A stretch of 63,786 nt of DNA, counting the filler, from Sphacelaria rigidula (taxonomy: Eukaryota): NCBI GenBank assembly GCA_964200075.2. It is 10 parts of 10 records of this genome, joined end to end, with 100 filler letters (N's around TTAATTAATTAA, not from the genome) between each part and the next. Parts side by side here need not be neighbours in the genome. Positions count along the whole stretch, not along the records: positions 25,558 to 31,846 come from CAXNAA020020991.1; positions 31,947 to 38,234 come from CAXNAA020020992.1; positions 38,335 to 44,622 come from CAXNAA020020993.1; 7 more parts are not named here. One strand, 5' to 3'. The notes beneath the pieces were generated by a model. The model did no database searches. It was not told where the DNA came from and saw nothing but the letters and a program-made list of their open reading frames with translations. This document shows positions 25,793-38,724 of this stretch, one piece after another; positions within the stretch are counted from its first letter, which is position 1; each line of letters starts with the position of its first letter. A program made the position numbers and the translations under genes.

Positions 25793-26059
25793 AGCACGCA
25801 TTTTGATGATACAGGCTCACAGGGCAGCCCTGGGAAAACTAGCACAGCACACAGCAGAGATCATCTCAGCAACCCACGAGTTTTTCCCGATACCAGGTAG
25901 GATGATTACATGATAGGGCAACGCGCCTACACAAACGTTGTACGAGTACTTAACAATACGAGTATCCACCCATGTGACGGGTCATTGGAGGCCGGGGAAA
26001 ACCTTGAATCAAAGTCTCGGGCGTTTCATGTACAGATGTGCAGATACTTAATTTCGCCA

Positions 26060-27990
26060 TAAGAGATGTTATGATTCCTTGTTTTTGCAGGTCCCTACTC
26101 ATGTGTTTCATCAGTCGGAGGCAGTGCTAAAGAGATAGCATGGATATAAGGCAGTTGATATGGCTCGACGAGCTGAGGACATAGTCTTGGAATCACTGCA
26201 CTTCAGATAGTGGAGCACCTAGCGATTCTTGAGTCACCTAGCGAAACATGAGATTATTTTGTTCAGTACTATAGTGTTTCCCCCACTGTTGAAAAGGTTC
26301 GTCTTGAACAAGTATGGATTGACCTGGATATGGGCGTGAGTGAGTCACCTTTCGTCTTCTTCAACAGAGCAAAATTCTTGAGGCACAAGAGGCACCAGTA
26401 TGGCACTGTGGTCTTGGAGTTTGACGCCAACAGGCCCTATGCGCGCAGACTATATTCAGAGTATGACATTCAAAAGGGCATGCTGCTTGCAATGCCCGAG
26501 ATCGATTCTGTATTTTTAGAACGTACATTCAAAACTGCGCACGCCGAACTCGAGTGGCCTAAGAGTGGGGTAGGATCCCGAAAAACCATGCTCTTTCTGC
26601 CACCATTCATAATGCCTCTAACAGTGACGCATCGCTTGGACGAAGGAACGGTGGGGGAGGCAGAAGGTGACACCCAGATGAGTGCAGCACCGATCACCAC
26701 CACCACCACATAATAACCATTCCGTAACCCGACAACCCGATAACAACCAGCAACACACACCGTGTTCGCACAATCAATGCCGAGAATGCTGCTCGGAACG
26801 TAGTGGGTATCATTCAGACAGATACTCAGATCGACACGCTACGACTTCTTCTACCCCACGCCGGTACCGTGGTTTGTCTTATCAAGATCGCTCTCTCAAA
26901 CACAGCTCCTATTCATCTCCTTCGTCACCACCTACCTCGCCGAAACCACAACAACTCCTCCCCCCAATCCTCATCATGATATTCACGCAACTGTAATGCA
27001 TGCGATGATCGTGGTATTGATTCCTATGCACGAGGCGACGGGAGGAGAAACGCGGATCGCCGACAAGGCAGTCTGGATCTCAAACGCCCGGAGCAGTGTT
27101 CCCTCATCATGGGGGAAACCACCCCCTCATGATTACTCCTCCAGCAGCTCCCACTGTCATGCGAATTTTGTACAGCGATCCAAGGATACACCCACTGATC
27201 ACAAATTCGTCTCACGAGACGCCAATACCTTTGATAGCGCAGGATTCGCCGATTCCGTACAGCTTTCACCTTCATACCACGCCCACCACCAACAACAATC
27301 ATCCCCACACCATTCGTACCACCAGCAACAGCCACTCCAATATTATACCTACTACTAGTGACCCCCGTTCCAATACTACCAACCGCACCAGTAGAAGCAA
27401 CACCCTTATAACTATCCTACGCAGCGATACACCCCGCATTACCAACAGCATCAGGCTGCAGCCCCACCTCACGACCCATATCAGCATCATCATCAGCCAG
27501 CAGCCCCGCCATTTCATCTCCACCTGGCGATACATCTACGTCGGAGCATCCACACCTGTGCATGGCGTTTTAAATGTCGCAAGGAGTCTCGTTTGCGGCC
27601 TGGTAGTCTTGATTTGCGTAGGTGTGATATGCTACGTAGTGGGACTGCATCGAGTAGGGGTGACAGTGCGGAGAAATGGATTGCGGATACGAGTGCTTCA
27701 CACCACCTCACAGGGAATGTGGATGACGTTTTTTATTTACGACCCCCTCCTCAAGGCACCGAGAACGTTACTACGGGTGACGGGACCACATTTCTAGACA
27801 AGGCAATAGGTAGTCTGAAGCTAAGATTCCACATGGAATCTTGAGATTTCTTTTTTCTCCCACAGACTTTTCTGTCCAGTTGACTGATGTCTACGTCGTA
27901 GAAGGTGTCAAGTGAAACATTTGTCCATTCATCACGTGCGGAAGCGACATGTTATCATTCTAAATTCGACTGAGGGACATTGAATGGCAG
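26060..27990 (+). mobile_element. Decayed Ty1/Copia gag-protease region
   Basis: Gag-like MGVSESPFVFFNRAKFLR..LYSEYDIQKGMLL. Copia protease WIADTSASHHLTG..VTTGDG..AIGSLKLRF..LTDVYVVEG. Many stops and frameshifts. Confidence 0.8.
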
Positions 27991-28189
27991 ATTGCGTTCT
28001 GACCGTACACCACGATCTTCATCGCAGCTGGCCACACGTCTCCCCTCAACACATGGCCGTATTGTGGCGCCTACAGCCGCGGCCTCTTTATTTCCCCATG
28101 GCAGAAAGGGTTCTTCTGCGTCTGTAGAGAGCTTCATTCTTCGCCTGAAACCCCCACATCGAGTAGCGGAAGTCATTTCCCCCTACTCC

Positions 28190-28480
28190 CGTAAACTCTC
28201 GTTCCCCCACGAGTGCGATTGATTCCGCTTCTTCCGTAGACTTTGGTCTCCCTATTACTGTAGAGTCTCGTTTCCCCACGAATGAGATCGTTTTCGCTTC
28301 TACCGTAGAGTTTGATATCCCTACTACTACTATAGAGTCTCGTTTCCCCACGAGTGCGATTGATTCCGCTTCTATCGTAGACTTTGATCTCCCTACTGTA
28401 GAGCCTCGTTGCCTCACGAGTGAGATTGATCCCGCTTCTACCGTAGAGTTTAATCTCCCTGCTACTGTAGAACCTTCCCC
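28190..28480 (+). repeat. Tandem repeat of ~4 units of 66-72 nt; reads PTSAIDSASSVDFGLPITVESRF on +
   Basis: CCCCACGAGTGCGATTGATTCCGCTTCT.CCGTAGA.TTTG.TCTCCCT..ACTGTAGAG.CTCGTT repeated. Confidence 0.85.
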
Positions 28481-29019
28481 CGTTTCCGCTGAGTCTGATT
28501 TCTCGCGTACTACGGTACAGCCTTCACCGATAAGTGCCCGGCCTGTTTTCGATGGGTCTGATTCCCGGCGTTCTACTGTATAATGTTTACCGGCGTATGA
28601 TACGTCTACGGCTACTGTAGCGTCTCGTTTCCGTACAAAAAGGAAGTTGTTTTTTGTATGGAGCCCCCGACTGAGGAAAGCGATATTCCATACTGTCCCC
28701 CCAGTGTAGGCCCACTCCACATTTCCGCCGAGGGCGTTGTGTCCTCTCCCCCCGGTGTGTCTGTCCAGCCCGCTTCCGCTACAAGCGTCATGCCTAGCCC
28801 CTCAGGTGTTGGTATCCAGTCCGCTGCTTCGGCAAGCGATGTACCTTTTATGCGAGCTGTTCTGCGTATGCAGCTTCTGCAACCACTGTCGATGCCGCTC
28901 GCCGGAAGGGGAGGTAATGAAGCTAGTACCGTCGCTGACCCGCCGATATCTCCGTAGCCACTGATTCACGCGGTGAAACCCGAGCCGCTACCAAAGCCCC
29001 CGTCGCTACCCCCTGATGC

Positions 29020-29960
29020 GATGCACCCACATCTTCTTACTACTACTGCGCAGCCTCTACCGCCATTTTTAACCGCCGCCGCACCGCAACACCTATATAT
29101 TTCCACTACTGCTGCACCGTCGCCACCAACATCCGCCGCCGCGCCGCAGCATCTACAGACACTTTCTACGATAGCACCTTCCCAAAACCAACCCAAACCC
29201 GTCACCAAAAAATGATCATAGAGCGCCTGATGTTTATTTTCAGGCTGCATGAAGCGCCCCATGCGGATGACATCGGCGAAAACGAACCGAAGCGTGAGAA
29301 TTCTCAGCTGCTCGTTGTGCTTAGCTTTTTTCATTCCGATTTACGTCTAGATATCGCCTCCCAAAACCAGCCACTTTTTTCGGGGGGTGGGGGGGGGGGC
29401 TATCGTAGAAAGTGTCCACATATCCTTACTACGACTGCGCTGCCGCCACCACCATCTCTATCCGCCGCCGCGTTGCGATACCCACATTTGTTTTCACAGA
29501 TACGCCGTCGCCACCAATCTCCGCCGTCGCGTCACAGCATCCACATATTCCCACTACTGCTGCGCTACCGCCACCGACATTTCTATCCGCCGCTGCGCCG
29601 CAAAACCCATATATTTCCACTACTGCTGCGCCGTCGCCACCAACATCCGCCGCCACGCCGCAAAATCCCCATATTCCTACTACAGCTGCGCTGCCACCCC
29701 CATCATTTCTATCCGCCGCCGCGTCACAACATCCACATATTCCCACTACAGCTGCGTCGCCGCTACCACCATTTCTATCCGCCGCCGTGCCGCAAGAACC
29801 ACATATTCCTACTACTACTGCGCTGCCTCCACCACCATTTCTATCCGTTGCCGCGCCGCAATACGACACTTTTTTACTACAGCTGCGTCGCCGCCACCAT
29901 CACTTCCACACACATATATCCCCAGTACTGCTGCACCACCGCTACGACCATTTGCCACTG
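29020..29960. repeat. GC-rich ~57-63-nt minisatellite array, interrupted by a MITE
   Basis: Unit CCACATATTCCCACTACTGCTGCGCTGCCGCCACCATTTCTATCCGCCGCCGCG.CGCAA repeated ~10 times. Confidence 0.88.
29158..29416. mobile_element. MITE with TIR GACACTTTCTACGATAGC and probable 4-bp TSD
   Basis: Perfect 18-nt TIR. Flanks TACA/CACA restore the minisatellite unit. Homolog at 46579-46830. Confidence 0.85.
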
Positions 29961-30264
29961 GATCACCGCAGCCATCGCCGACATATCCGACGGATTCATC
30001 GCCGCCGAAAACACCACTACCGCTACCATCGCCTCAGTCGGCAGCACCTTTTCATACGTGGCGTCGTTGGTGCCGGTGGAATGGAGCAGGGGGGCGGTAG
30101 GGGGCGGTAGGGGTGGGATGGGGTAGGGGGGCGGTGCCGATGGGATGAAGCAGGGGAGCGATGCGGGTGGAGTGGAGCAGGGGGGCGGTGCCGATCCAAG
30201 GGGGCCGGGGGGGAAATAGCCATGGAAGAATGCAGAGACCGGAGATAGATTTCGGAGGATAGTA

Positions 30265-30850
30265 CGAGCTGGGCCAGCTTCAAAGCGGCTAAAAGTTGCT
30301 CACACCACAGCTTTCCCAGTTTCCCGAATGAACTCGTTGTAAGCACATAACTGTGAAGTGCAGACCAACCTGGTAACACACGGCAACGCCGCTGAATAAA
30401 GAAAAGAATGAAAAACAATGAACTGCATAATATATTATCTTAACGACGGATGAAAAAAAAGGGAATCTGTCGCGATTCGAAGTCATGACCTCCATAATCG
30501 GAGTTTCCCATCGCTTGATTTATAGGGGTGCAGCAGCGTCACGCAAAATGTTGTACGCACGGCCAAATTCGACGACTATAGAGCTGAAATTTCGTCTTCT
30601 GCACCCAAGGAAATGATCTATCCTGTCAGCAGCTGCAAATTCTTATTCTTATCCTGGGCTTATGATATTATCGTGTTTTTGCTGAAATTTTGAATCCCCA
30701 TGACTTCCTCGTTTTTTTGTTCGCTGCTCCCGTGATGTTCCTCATGTCGATCATACAAAGCTACAGTCAAATTTTCAGCTTCCAACTTCTAATCTCACGC
30801 TGTACGTTGCCTGACCGAGAGAACTACTCACTGTTGGCTGGCCCAGCTAG
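30265..30850. mobile_element. Tc1/mariner-type MITE with TIR CGAGCTGGGCCAGC
   Basis: TA|CGAGCTGGGCCAGC ... GCTGGCCCAGCTAG|CA. Same TIR as 56488-57294. Confidence 0.7.
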
Positions 30851-33800
30851 CATACTCCAAATGTGGCCATTTCGAGTTTTTGTTGTTGTTGACAGCTGCA
30901 GTTTGATAGTAGATTCATTCTTTGCGTAATTTTGATTATAGATAGGGCTTTGAACCATTTTGTTTTTTAATGAAAGCGCATTAATGAGTCATCCTACGAT
31001 AGGGGGGGGCGAGGGGGGGGTATTTGGTTGCACAAATAATCGCGTTGCTTCCACGGCATATTTTCACATGTGAGTAGACACTTTGTTTTGTTTTATATTT
31101 CATGGGTGATGGTGGGATAATCATGCATCATGTAGCGTACATTGTGAGTAAAGTACATGTCGGTTCCGTATATGAGAAAATGTCTTCATCGCCGCTTTCT
31201 TGACAAAAAAAAGAAGGGAGGAATGAGCTCATATCCTGCATTACACGAGCGTATATCAGTTCTATTCAGCGCTGGTAAGTAACCTATTATGATGCCGACG
31301 GTTCAGATATTCTACTCGAAAAATAAAGCCTGAAATAAAAAAACAAGAAACATTTCAACTCATGTCGGTGCTTTCTCAGTCGGTGATATATACCTTGAGT
31401 CTGAGTCGGCCGTGTATCGACGCACAACAAAATGAAGGCAGAAATAAAGTGTGGGGCTAAGAAACTGAAAACAGAAAAAACGTTGGGTGAGGGTTACTTG
31501 CGGGCAAGAGATCCTAAATAATGATTTACTTTGTGCGGGACATGAGCCATTCCCTTTTTTCTTCTCTTTTTTCTTTTTATTTGTCGTTGGGATTTGTCGG
31601 TTTATGTAGTCTGTTGACCGCGTTGCCGACACAGAATGTTATCATGTTAGCTGTTAACAGGCGGTTCTATAAAATGAGGTTCATCAATGAAATGAGGTTT
31701 GAAGACCCTAGCCGTTGAGTGACAAAAAGCCCTCAGGAGTACCGCACGACGCTGCTGATGTGCAATTTTTGGGAGGAATAGGAAGTGCGTCCGTGGTTGC
31801 ACATGTCGCCCATCCGTGGTTAGCTGCGGGCGACGGAGCATAACAANNNNNNNNNNNNNNNNNNNNNNNNNNNNNNNNNNNNNNNNNNNNTTAATTAATT
31901 AANNNNNNNNNNNNNNNNNNNNNNNNNNNNNNNNNNNNNNNNNNNNAAATATACTTTTCCAGGTTTTTATTTTTGTCTATTATAAGAAGCGGCCTTAGAG
32001 CTAGTTTTCCTCGCCGGGGAGCTCTTTCAATTTTCTGGAGCTCATTTCTGCGGGGTCAGCTGAAAGCGGCGCGCCGGGACGCACACCATACCACCAATCA
32101 ATATACTGTCCTTCCCTTGTCCAAAAAATAAAATGCAACCAACCCTTCGACCATCCATCCTCAAACAGCCTTTACACCATTAATTAATTAATATATATTA
32201 TATATTCAAGTGGGTGAAAAAAAGGTTGAGGGCGGCCGAAAAAACTTTCAGCGACCGCAACAAAATGAAAAAAAGAAATGAGAAGCCGAAAAAAAAAAAA
32301 AGAGGTCGAAAAGGAAAAGAGGGAACGTACGTACGGAGCAGAGGCCTGGTGAGAACAATAATGGTTTCTCCCCAACGGCAGCTCACTACTCACTTGCCAA
32401 AAATGGGTGTACAGTCGTGTACTGCTCGTACGGTCTTCCAGTAGTCGAATAATAATGGTGAAGAGTCAGAGTAACGGGGTCGGGCTGTTCTTTAACATCC
32501 GCCAGGTCGATATTTTAGCTTGTCGGCGACCCGCCCATTTTCATCAGTGGACCTGCTCGCTCACGTGGTTAGCACATCGTGTGGCTGACCCCCCCCCCCC
32601 CCCTCCCCCCCCCGGCGGGGAGAAGAAATTGACGATCGCGGCTGAGAGGGCAACCGGTTTCACGTGTACGTGTACTCGACGAGTGTAGGGATCATGGACA
32701 ACCCATCGGGTTTTTTTGCGTGCGACAGTCTTTTTTTGTGCGACAGTCGACAGTGCGAGAAGAACCGTGTAACAAGAACGTCGAACGTCATGTGTGACGT
32801 GATTTTGCGTACTTGCGTACGATTTCACTCGCCAGCTCAGACCTGCGGTTGCGGTTTTGTATCATACCATAGGCAGCAAACGCGGCTATTCCGCAATCCC
32901 CATAACAATCCTTTACCGCAATTTTCACCCCCTCGAGGGTAAAATACCCTCTACAATGGAGGGTATTTCATCCCCAGGTGCGGTCATAAACGAATCCTCT
33001 CGAGGACATCTGATGCTCCCGTGACTTCTGAGGTCTACATCGCTCGAGAGTAACAAAAAAGATGGTGCTCTGGAGACCCGCGCATCCTCCAAATTCCTGC
33101 GGAGGGATGCGCGGCCTTTCAGAGGCAAAACAAACCTCTGGGGGCGTTTGATCCCACCCCTCTGAAGGGCATCGCACCCTCCGGAGGCGTTTAATTCCTC
33201 TGGAGGCTCGAAAAGTTGACCGGAACATAGTAAATTTGGGGGTAGCCGAATTGCCGCGTGTGAGCTTGTATGCATATAGTATGATATAACCTACCACGAT
33301 CACATGCTAATGATATATATATATATATATAAATACATATCGATATCGCGCTCTGTTTTCGCGATATTGATATCCTCATATAAAATCATATCGTATCACA
33401 TTGTACATGATGCTTAGAGATACTACACTGACCACTCTTGACCCGTCGACGGCGCGAGCATAGGCCATCTGTTGAATCGGCTTAATTCTCATTTTTTTCA
33501 AAGTATATATGATATAGATGAACTACCCTCACGGCGAAGGGGTTACGGGGCCAGTTTCGTACAGGTGTAAAAAATGCGGCGGGATTGGCCTTTGACCGTT
33601 ACACCGTTACGCCGTTGAAGGACGTTCAAGCGAGTCAGCACTAATTTTGACCTTTTCGAATGTTTCCATTCTTGAGAACTTTGACCTTCTTTCGTGGATC
33701 ACATGACCAACACCCTAGGGCCGAAGGTCGTAAGACTAGGGCGGTGCGTGCATTGCGCCAAGTTGACGGGAGGGTTCAGTGGATCGGACCCCCAAACTGG

Positions 33801-34000
33801 CCTTGAGCAAAGCTTGCGAACGCTCGAGGCGCCTACTCCACATTACTGCCGCGAGGCACTCTAGCCGAGCCTCCGGGTAATCGGCACACGGACCCGCTTG
33901 CTGTGTAAGTGTTGGGTCAGGTTTCCTTCTTCCTTCAGGGGAAAGGGCAATACAAAACACGACCAACACACTCCAACCGCTTGCACAGCCATCTCGTGGG

Positions 34001-37000
34001 TTATACCCGATAATTAAGAGCCGCAGAACCTACACATGCTGAACCTGTTGGGCTTCGTTGGTCCACTACGGTTCCCGCTGTGCTGCCTGGGGAGGCATTG
34101 TGAGCGTTGTCTTCATCGACGTGAAGGGCTTGTTTGTATCCTCTACGAGAAAAAAATAATACAAACAAAACGACACATGCGTGTCCCACCCAACGAAATA
34201 AATAAATAAAGCATACCCACTTGGTTTCAAGAGGGAGGAAACCGTCCACTTCATAAATCCCGTCACAAATTCCGTACACACGTGTGGCGGTGCCTTAGTA
34301 GTTCCAGGGTATTGTTTGTCTTGGGTTGTTCGCTCATACCTCCACTACTATATGTGAACTAAAGAAGAGTGTCCTCGTGGTCACAAGATTTGCAGCAACT
34401 ATGAACGACGAGGGATACTCACATTAGGCATCGTTAGAGGTCAAATAGCGTGCGTTGATTCGTAACACCCCCCACCTCCACCGCCCCCTCCCACTTCGCC
34501 CAAATCTGGTCCAATGTTGCAAGGGTCGGACAAATAATGACTCGTCTGGAAATTATCTGGTTTGAGTATAACTGATTCGACTCGTACAAGTCAATCCCTA
34601 GGCTTTGTTTTCAGCGTTGCAACCCAGGTACACGCAGCCGAGACACGTGGAATGGCGCAAACGTTGCGTGGATACCCGTTGGACCAGCGGTCAACTTTTG
34701 TATCCCTTTCGGGCAATCAGGCCGAAGAAATCGTGGATTTGGCGATTCTAACCGTGCAATGTTGCTTCGAAGACGTTGAAGGACTCGCGCCAGGTTATTT
34801 ATAAACCGAGTTTACAGGGGTCGCGACCAGATCCGGCCGCACCGTTACGGTTTACTTTTGGCCGACACCAGTACTTGAATACCACCCCCCTTGGGGAACC
34901 GGCCCCTTCACCCTTCATCAACCTTTTTGAAACTCGCGAAAGACAGTACAAACTCCCATATGCGAGCTTCCGTCACCGAAAAAAAAAGTACTTCGAGTTA
35001 TTTCGGTGCACGAATCTGTCACATTAATATATACTTGAACTCAGAGTGGAGCATCGTTTCTGGTGGGCTGCATCATCTGCACCATCTGCATCATCAGCAC
35101 TTGCAGAAAAACAACCACGCCTTGCTCGAGAAAACGTCATTGTAAATCGTCATTTTCCCATCAACGGTTCCAAAAGGGTTAAGCGTCCGACCGCGAATAC
35201 TTTAAAATGCTTACCGCAAAAGCAGTCATTGACAGAATTCACTACACCAATTGTGGTGTATTTTGGCCTCTCGGACGCAAATGGACTACTCCCGCGGAGT
35301 CAAACCCTTAGAGGTCTTGTTAGGGGTCTTATTGACGAGGCGTTTCCCCCCCTAATATATTTGTCCGATTCCCCCCCAGGAGAAAGAAATAATTAACCTA
35401 AAAACTCGACGTTAGATCTTCAGAGAAACATGTAGTCAGTCTTACATTGATCTCTTGCCGAATCTGGTTCAGAAATCTGCGCTCACAATTTTGGGGGATA
35501 AATATCTTTTTCCGAATATTTTTCTTCGGAAATTTCGGGGGGGGGGGGGGGGGGGACTGGGCCGGCTGCTAAACCCGGGGGCGCCTTAACCCTCTTCCCC
35601 CTATACCTGCGAATAATTAGTCANNNNNNNNNNTCAGATGTTACTGCACCTCCTGTACCCGTAGGAATATTATCCCAAACGACTCCTGCAGCTGTAGTTC
35701 TCAAACTATACCCGTTGATAATACCCGTGAGCCCTTAACACTTCGACCATCAATACTTCGGAATATTTGTCGCAAAACCAGTCATTGACGGAATTCAATG
35801 CACCAAGTGTGGTGCCTTTAGGAGTACGTGGACCCCGACGGGCTGCTCCCTCGGAGTCAAACGGTTAACCCGCCGGGAACCAACATATGCTCGCCTGTTA
35901 TCCAACAGTATCTTGCCTGCGATGCACGGCGACTTTGCCAGCATTCATTTCGCATTGCCCGGGGAAAAAATCACGGGCGGTTTCCACAGGACTCTTGCTT
36001 TCCACGAAAAATCAAGCAGTGAGCCAAAACAACACCGAAAGCCCCAGTGGCCGAATGGCTGACAGAGCACTGAGGTCGCCTGCAACATGTTTTAGCCATC
36101 CATGGATCGAAGGCTAAGGTGCCACCAACACAGTACTCACTACTATCTTTTGTCAAGCTCGCGTCTTTAGGTTTCTTGTACGGAGCAAGCGCTTCGTGCT
36201 TACTTCACATGTACGAGCGGGCAGGTCAGAAAGTCCCCCCCGTCCCGCGGACCCCCGATGGGGTTGGCATCGGTTGGCGATGACGCTGTGAAACACGCCA
36301 CTCACTGCGTAAGCTAGGCAGCCAGGCTACTCATTTTCTTTGCGCGCTTGCGTTTTCTTTTGCGGTAACCATGATAGTGATCGAGCTAGATCATGTTGTG
36401 CGGCGTGGGAGAATCTCAACTCCGCACATAAGGGGTGATCGTATCACGTGGTGTTTGAATGGTGAGGCAACCATGAGGCAGTGTAAAAGCCGTGGCTGTC
36501 TCTGGAAGTGGCGATACCAGAAAATAAAGAGCAACTCATTGTAAGCTGTCATCCAAATGCATGATGACCAGTAGGCTTCGGGCCGAATAATCTCAGCAGG
36601 ATGCAGCTCATCCTTCATGCGACTCGCCGAGCACACCACGGTGCTTCGTGCTGGGTGATTGATTGCGAGCCTGGTCCGGCGAAAACCCGGCTCCGTCCCG
36701 GCTTTGTAGGGATGCGAGGTCAATGGTCTGATGACTATGGTATGTAAGATCATGAGTACGCCCCCCCTCCTCTTCCTACCACCTCCTCATTGTTTGGTAC
36801 ATTAAATAGTAGCGAGAAAACGAACCCTATGCTAGGAGATACTGAAGATGGTAGCTACAGACGCCGAAACAGGATGGGGATAAGATGAGTAGAAGTTTCT
36901 TCGTAATATTTGGGAAAATGGTGATGAGCGCCCAGACGCTGAAGGTTTCTCTTCTAGGAAGAATAGGAACGGTGCTCCGTCTCGAAAGGGATGCGTGGTC

Positions 37001-37529
37001 ACTGGTCAGTTGACTAAGGCAAGCAACAAATGAGTACGCCCCCCTCCCCCGCGTTCATCAGAAAATCGCTGGAGACGATCAAAGCAGATAATCTAGCAGA
37101 CTAGGAACATCATTTTTCACCTTGCTTACCGCTCCTTCTTCTGAGGGAGAGTATGGAAACATTCGCCGTTGGGGGCGCACAGTCACGAGCGGATCGCCAA
37201 GGGGGGGGTGATTCCGTAAGAACAAAACTGCACTTACAAATGGTGAAGGTGGCTTGCCCCGCAGGAAAACATGGCTGTCCGTGCGTATCCCGTACTCGAT
37301 TTTTTAAGCGTTCCGCTGTGTATATATATATATATATGTGTGTGTGTTGACACGCTAACCCCATACCTTCCTCCTCGTCGGAGCCATACTCCTCGCCCAT
37401 GCGGAACGTCGTTCTTCCACTGGCCGTCATATCGCTCCCCGTTCGGCCACTCCTGACAACCTTCGCCGTGCCGCTTGCTTATACGCCAGCCCCCTTCGTA
37501 CAGGATCCCTCGTCTAGACTTGAATACAC
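34001..37529 (-). CDS. MORN-repeat protein, 5'-partial. Exon 37529-37367 is solid; 37227-37130, 36285-36204 and 34142-34001 are tentative
   Basis: Exon reads GVFKSRRGILYEGGWRISKRHGEGCQEWPNGERYDGQWKNDVPHGRGVW (two MORN repeats) with AG/GT borders. The downstream exons join in frame (phases 2, 1, 2) but show no recognisable domain. Confidence 0.72.
36845..37052. repeat. Abundant non-coding repeat end (homolog 61600-61792). A related terminus lies at 36715-36770 and, inverted, at 38181-38234
   Basis: Shared TAGGA.CGGTGCTC.GTCTCGAA.GG.ATGCGTG.TCA.TGGTCA..GACTAAGGCAAGCAACAAATGAG.ACGCCC. Both terminus types end in ATGAGTACGCCCCCC. Confidence 0.82.
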
Positions 37530-37531
37530 CT

Positions 37532-37532
37532 G

Positions 37533-37578
<46 letters not shown>

Positions 37579-37586
37579 ATTGTTGA
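37532..37586. repeat. (GTT)n microsatellite next to the MORN exon acceptor
   Basis: Directly visible. Confidence 0.95.
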
Positions 37587-38724
37587 TTCGTAACAGAACC
37601 GAGACAGCCGTTCCTCTTCACCAGGTACAAATGTCTTCAGCGGGCGTCGGTGTTGCTCGTCTCTCATTTTCTGTTGTTGAGTTATTGCTCCGAATCCTCC
37701 ATGTATATTTGCCTCCTTGCCCCTCTCCTTTTCTCGAATTTCCTTCTCTTGAGCGACTCGAGTGTTTCCGTTTTTCTTACCTCTCGGGTACGTACGTCTA
37801 CTTTGCATCGAATGACCACGGCTGGGTGCCACGACGATTCAGTGAAAGCGCGACAATCGATCGATCAACCGACCGATTCACACGAGTGGTGTGCCAAGTA
37901 GCACACACACCGAAGACGGGAAACGAATGATCATCACAGCACCGCCCCGGATTCGTCGGCGAGAATGCAGTCCCAGAATGCAGTCCCAGTGCTGTTACAG
38001 GCTTGCGCAGGTCGTATTCGATCAACACTAGACGCTACTGTTGGAGTGTAGCAGACTGTGTCCCCGCATACGTATCGTCATTTTGCACCCTGACGTATTG
38101 TCATCGTACACCCTAATGTCCAAGTACAGTTTCCGCAGTGTGGTGCCCGCACCCTTTTCTGATTCTCGGCGGGACGGGAAGGGGGGGGGTGTACTCATGA
38201 TCATGCACGCCATAGACATGAGACCATTGACCTCNNNNNNNNNNNNNNNNNNNNNNNNNNNNNNNNNNNNNNNNNNNNTTAATTAATTAANNNNNNNNNN
38301 NNNNNNNNNNNNNNNNNNNNNNNNNNNNNNNNNNCTCGCGTTTTTCAATTCCAATAATATCACACCCATCCCGTATCTTCCTTCTCCTACTCCTCTCATA
38401 TAAATGAGTTTCATTACCAATACACGTATCATATCTTCGGCTTAATATCTTGGTAGGAGTCATTACCTTCACCCTCTCCCTTTCATACTTCATTCTTTTC
38501 CACGCCTATCGTGGAGGACGGGGCTGCCCATCGGCGGCCCCGTCCGATCCTTGTATATATTCTTTTATTTGAATCTGACGTGTACTTTTTTGGGAAATGT
38601 TGGGCAGAGTTGGTTGCAATCGGTGGTTGTGAAGTCCATTAGATATGTGCGACTCTTGACGAGTCTGCAACCCTGTTTTCCAACACTGTTGACGCCTCGG
38701 TGAATGGGTGGGTGGATGTCACAG

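Noticed and set aside
28190..29960. Possible CRISPR-like arrays
   Set aside because: The units are contiguous tandem repeats with no unique spacers, there are no cas genes, and the context is eukaryotic.
29212..30126. Three overlapping 230-300-aa ORFs
   Set aside because: Produced by a stop-poor minisatellite plus a MITE; no protein signal.
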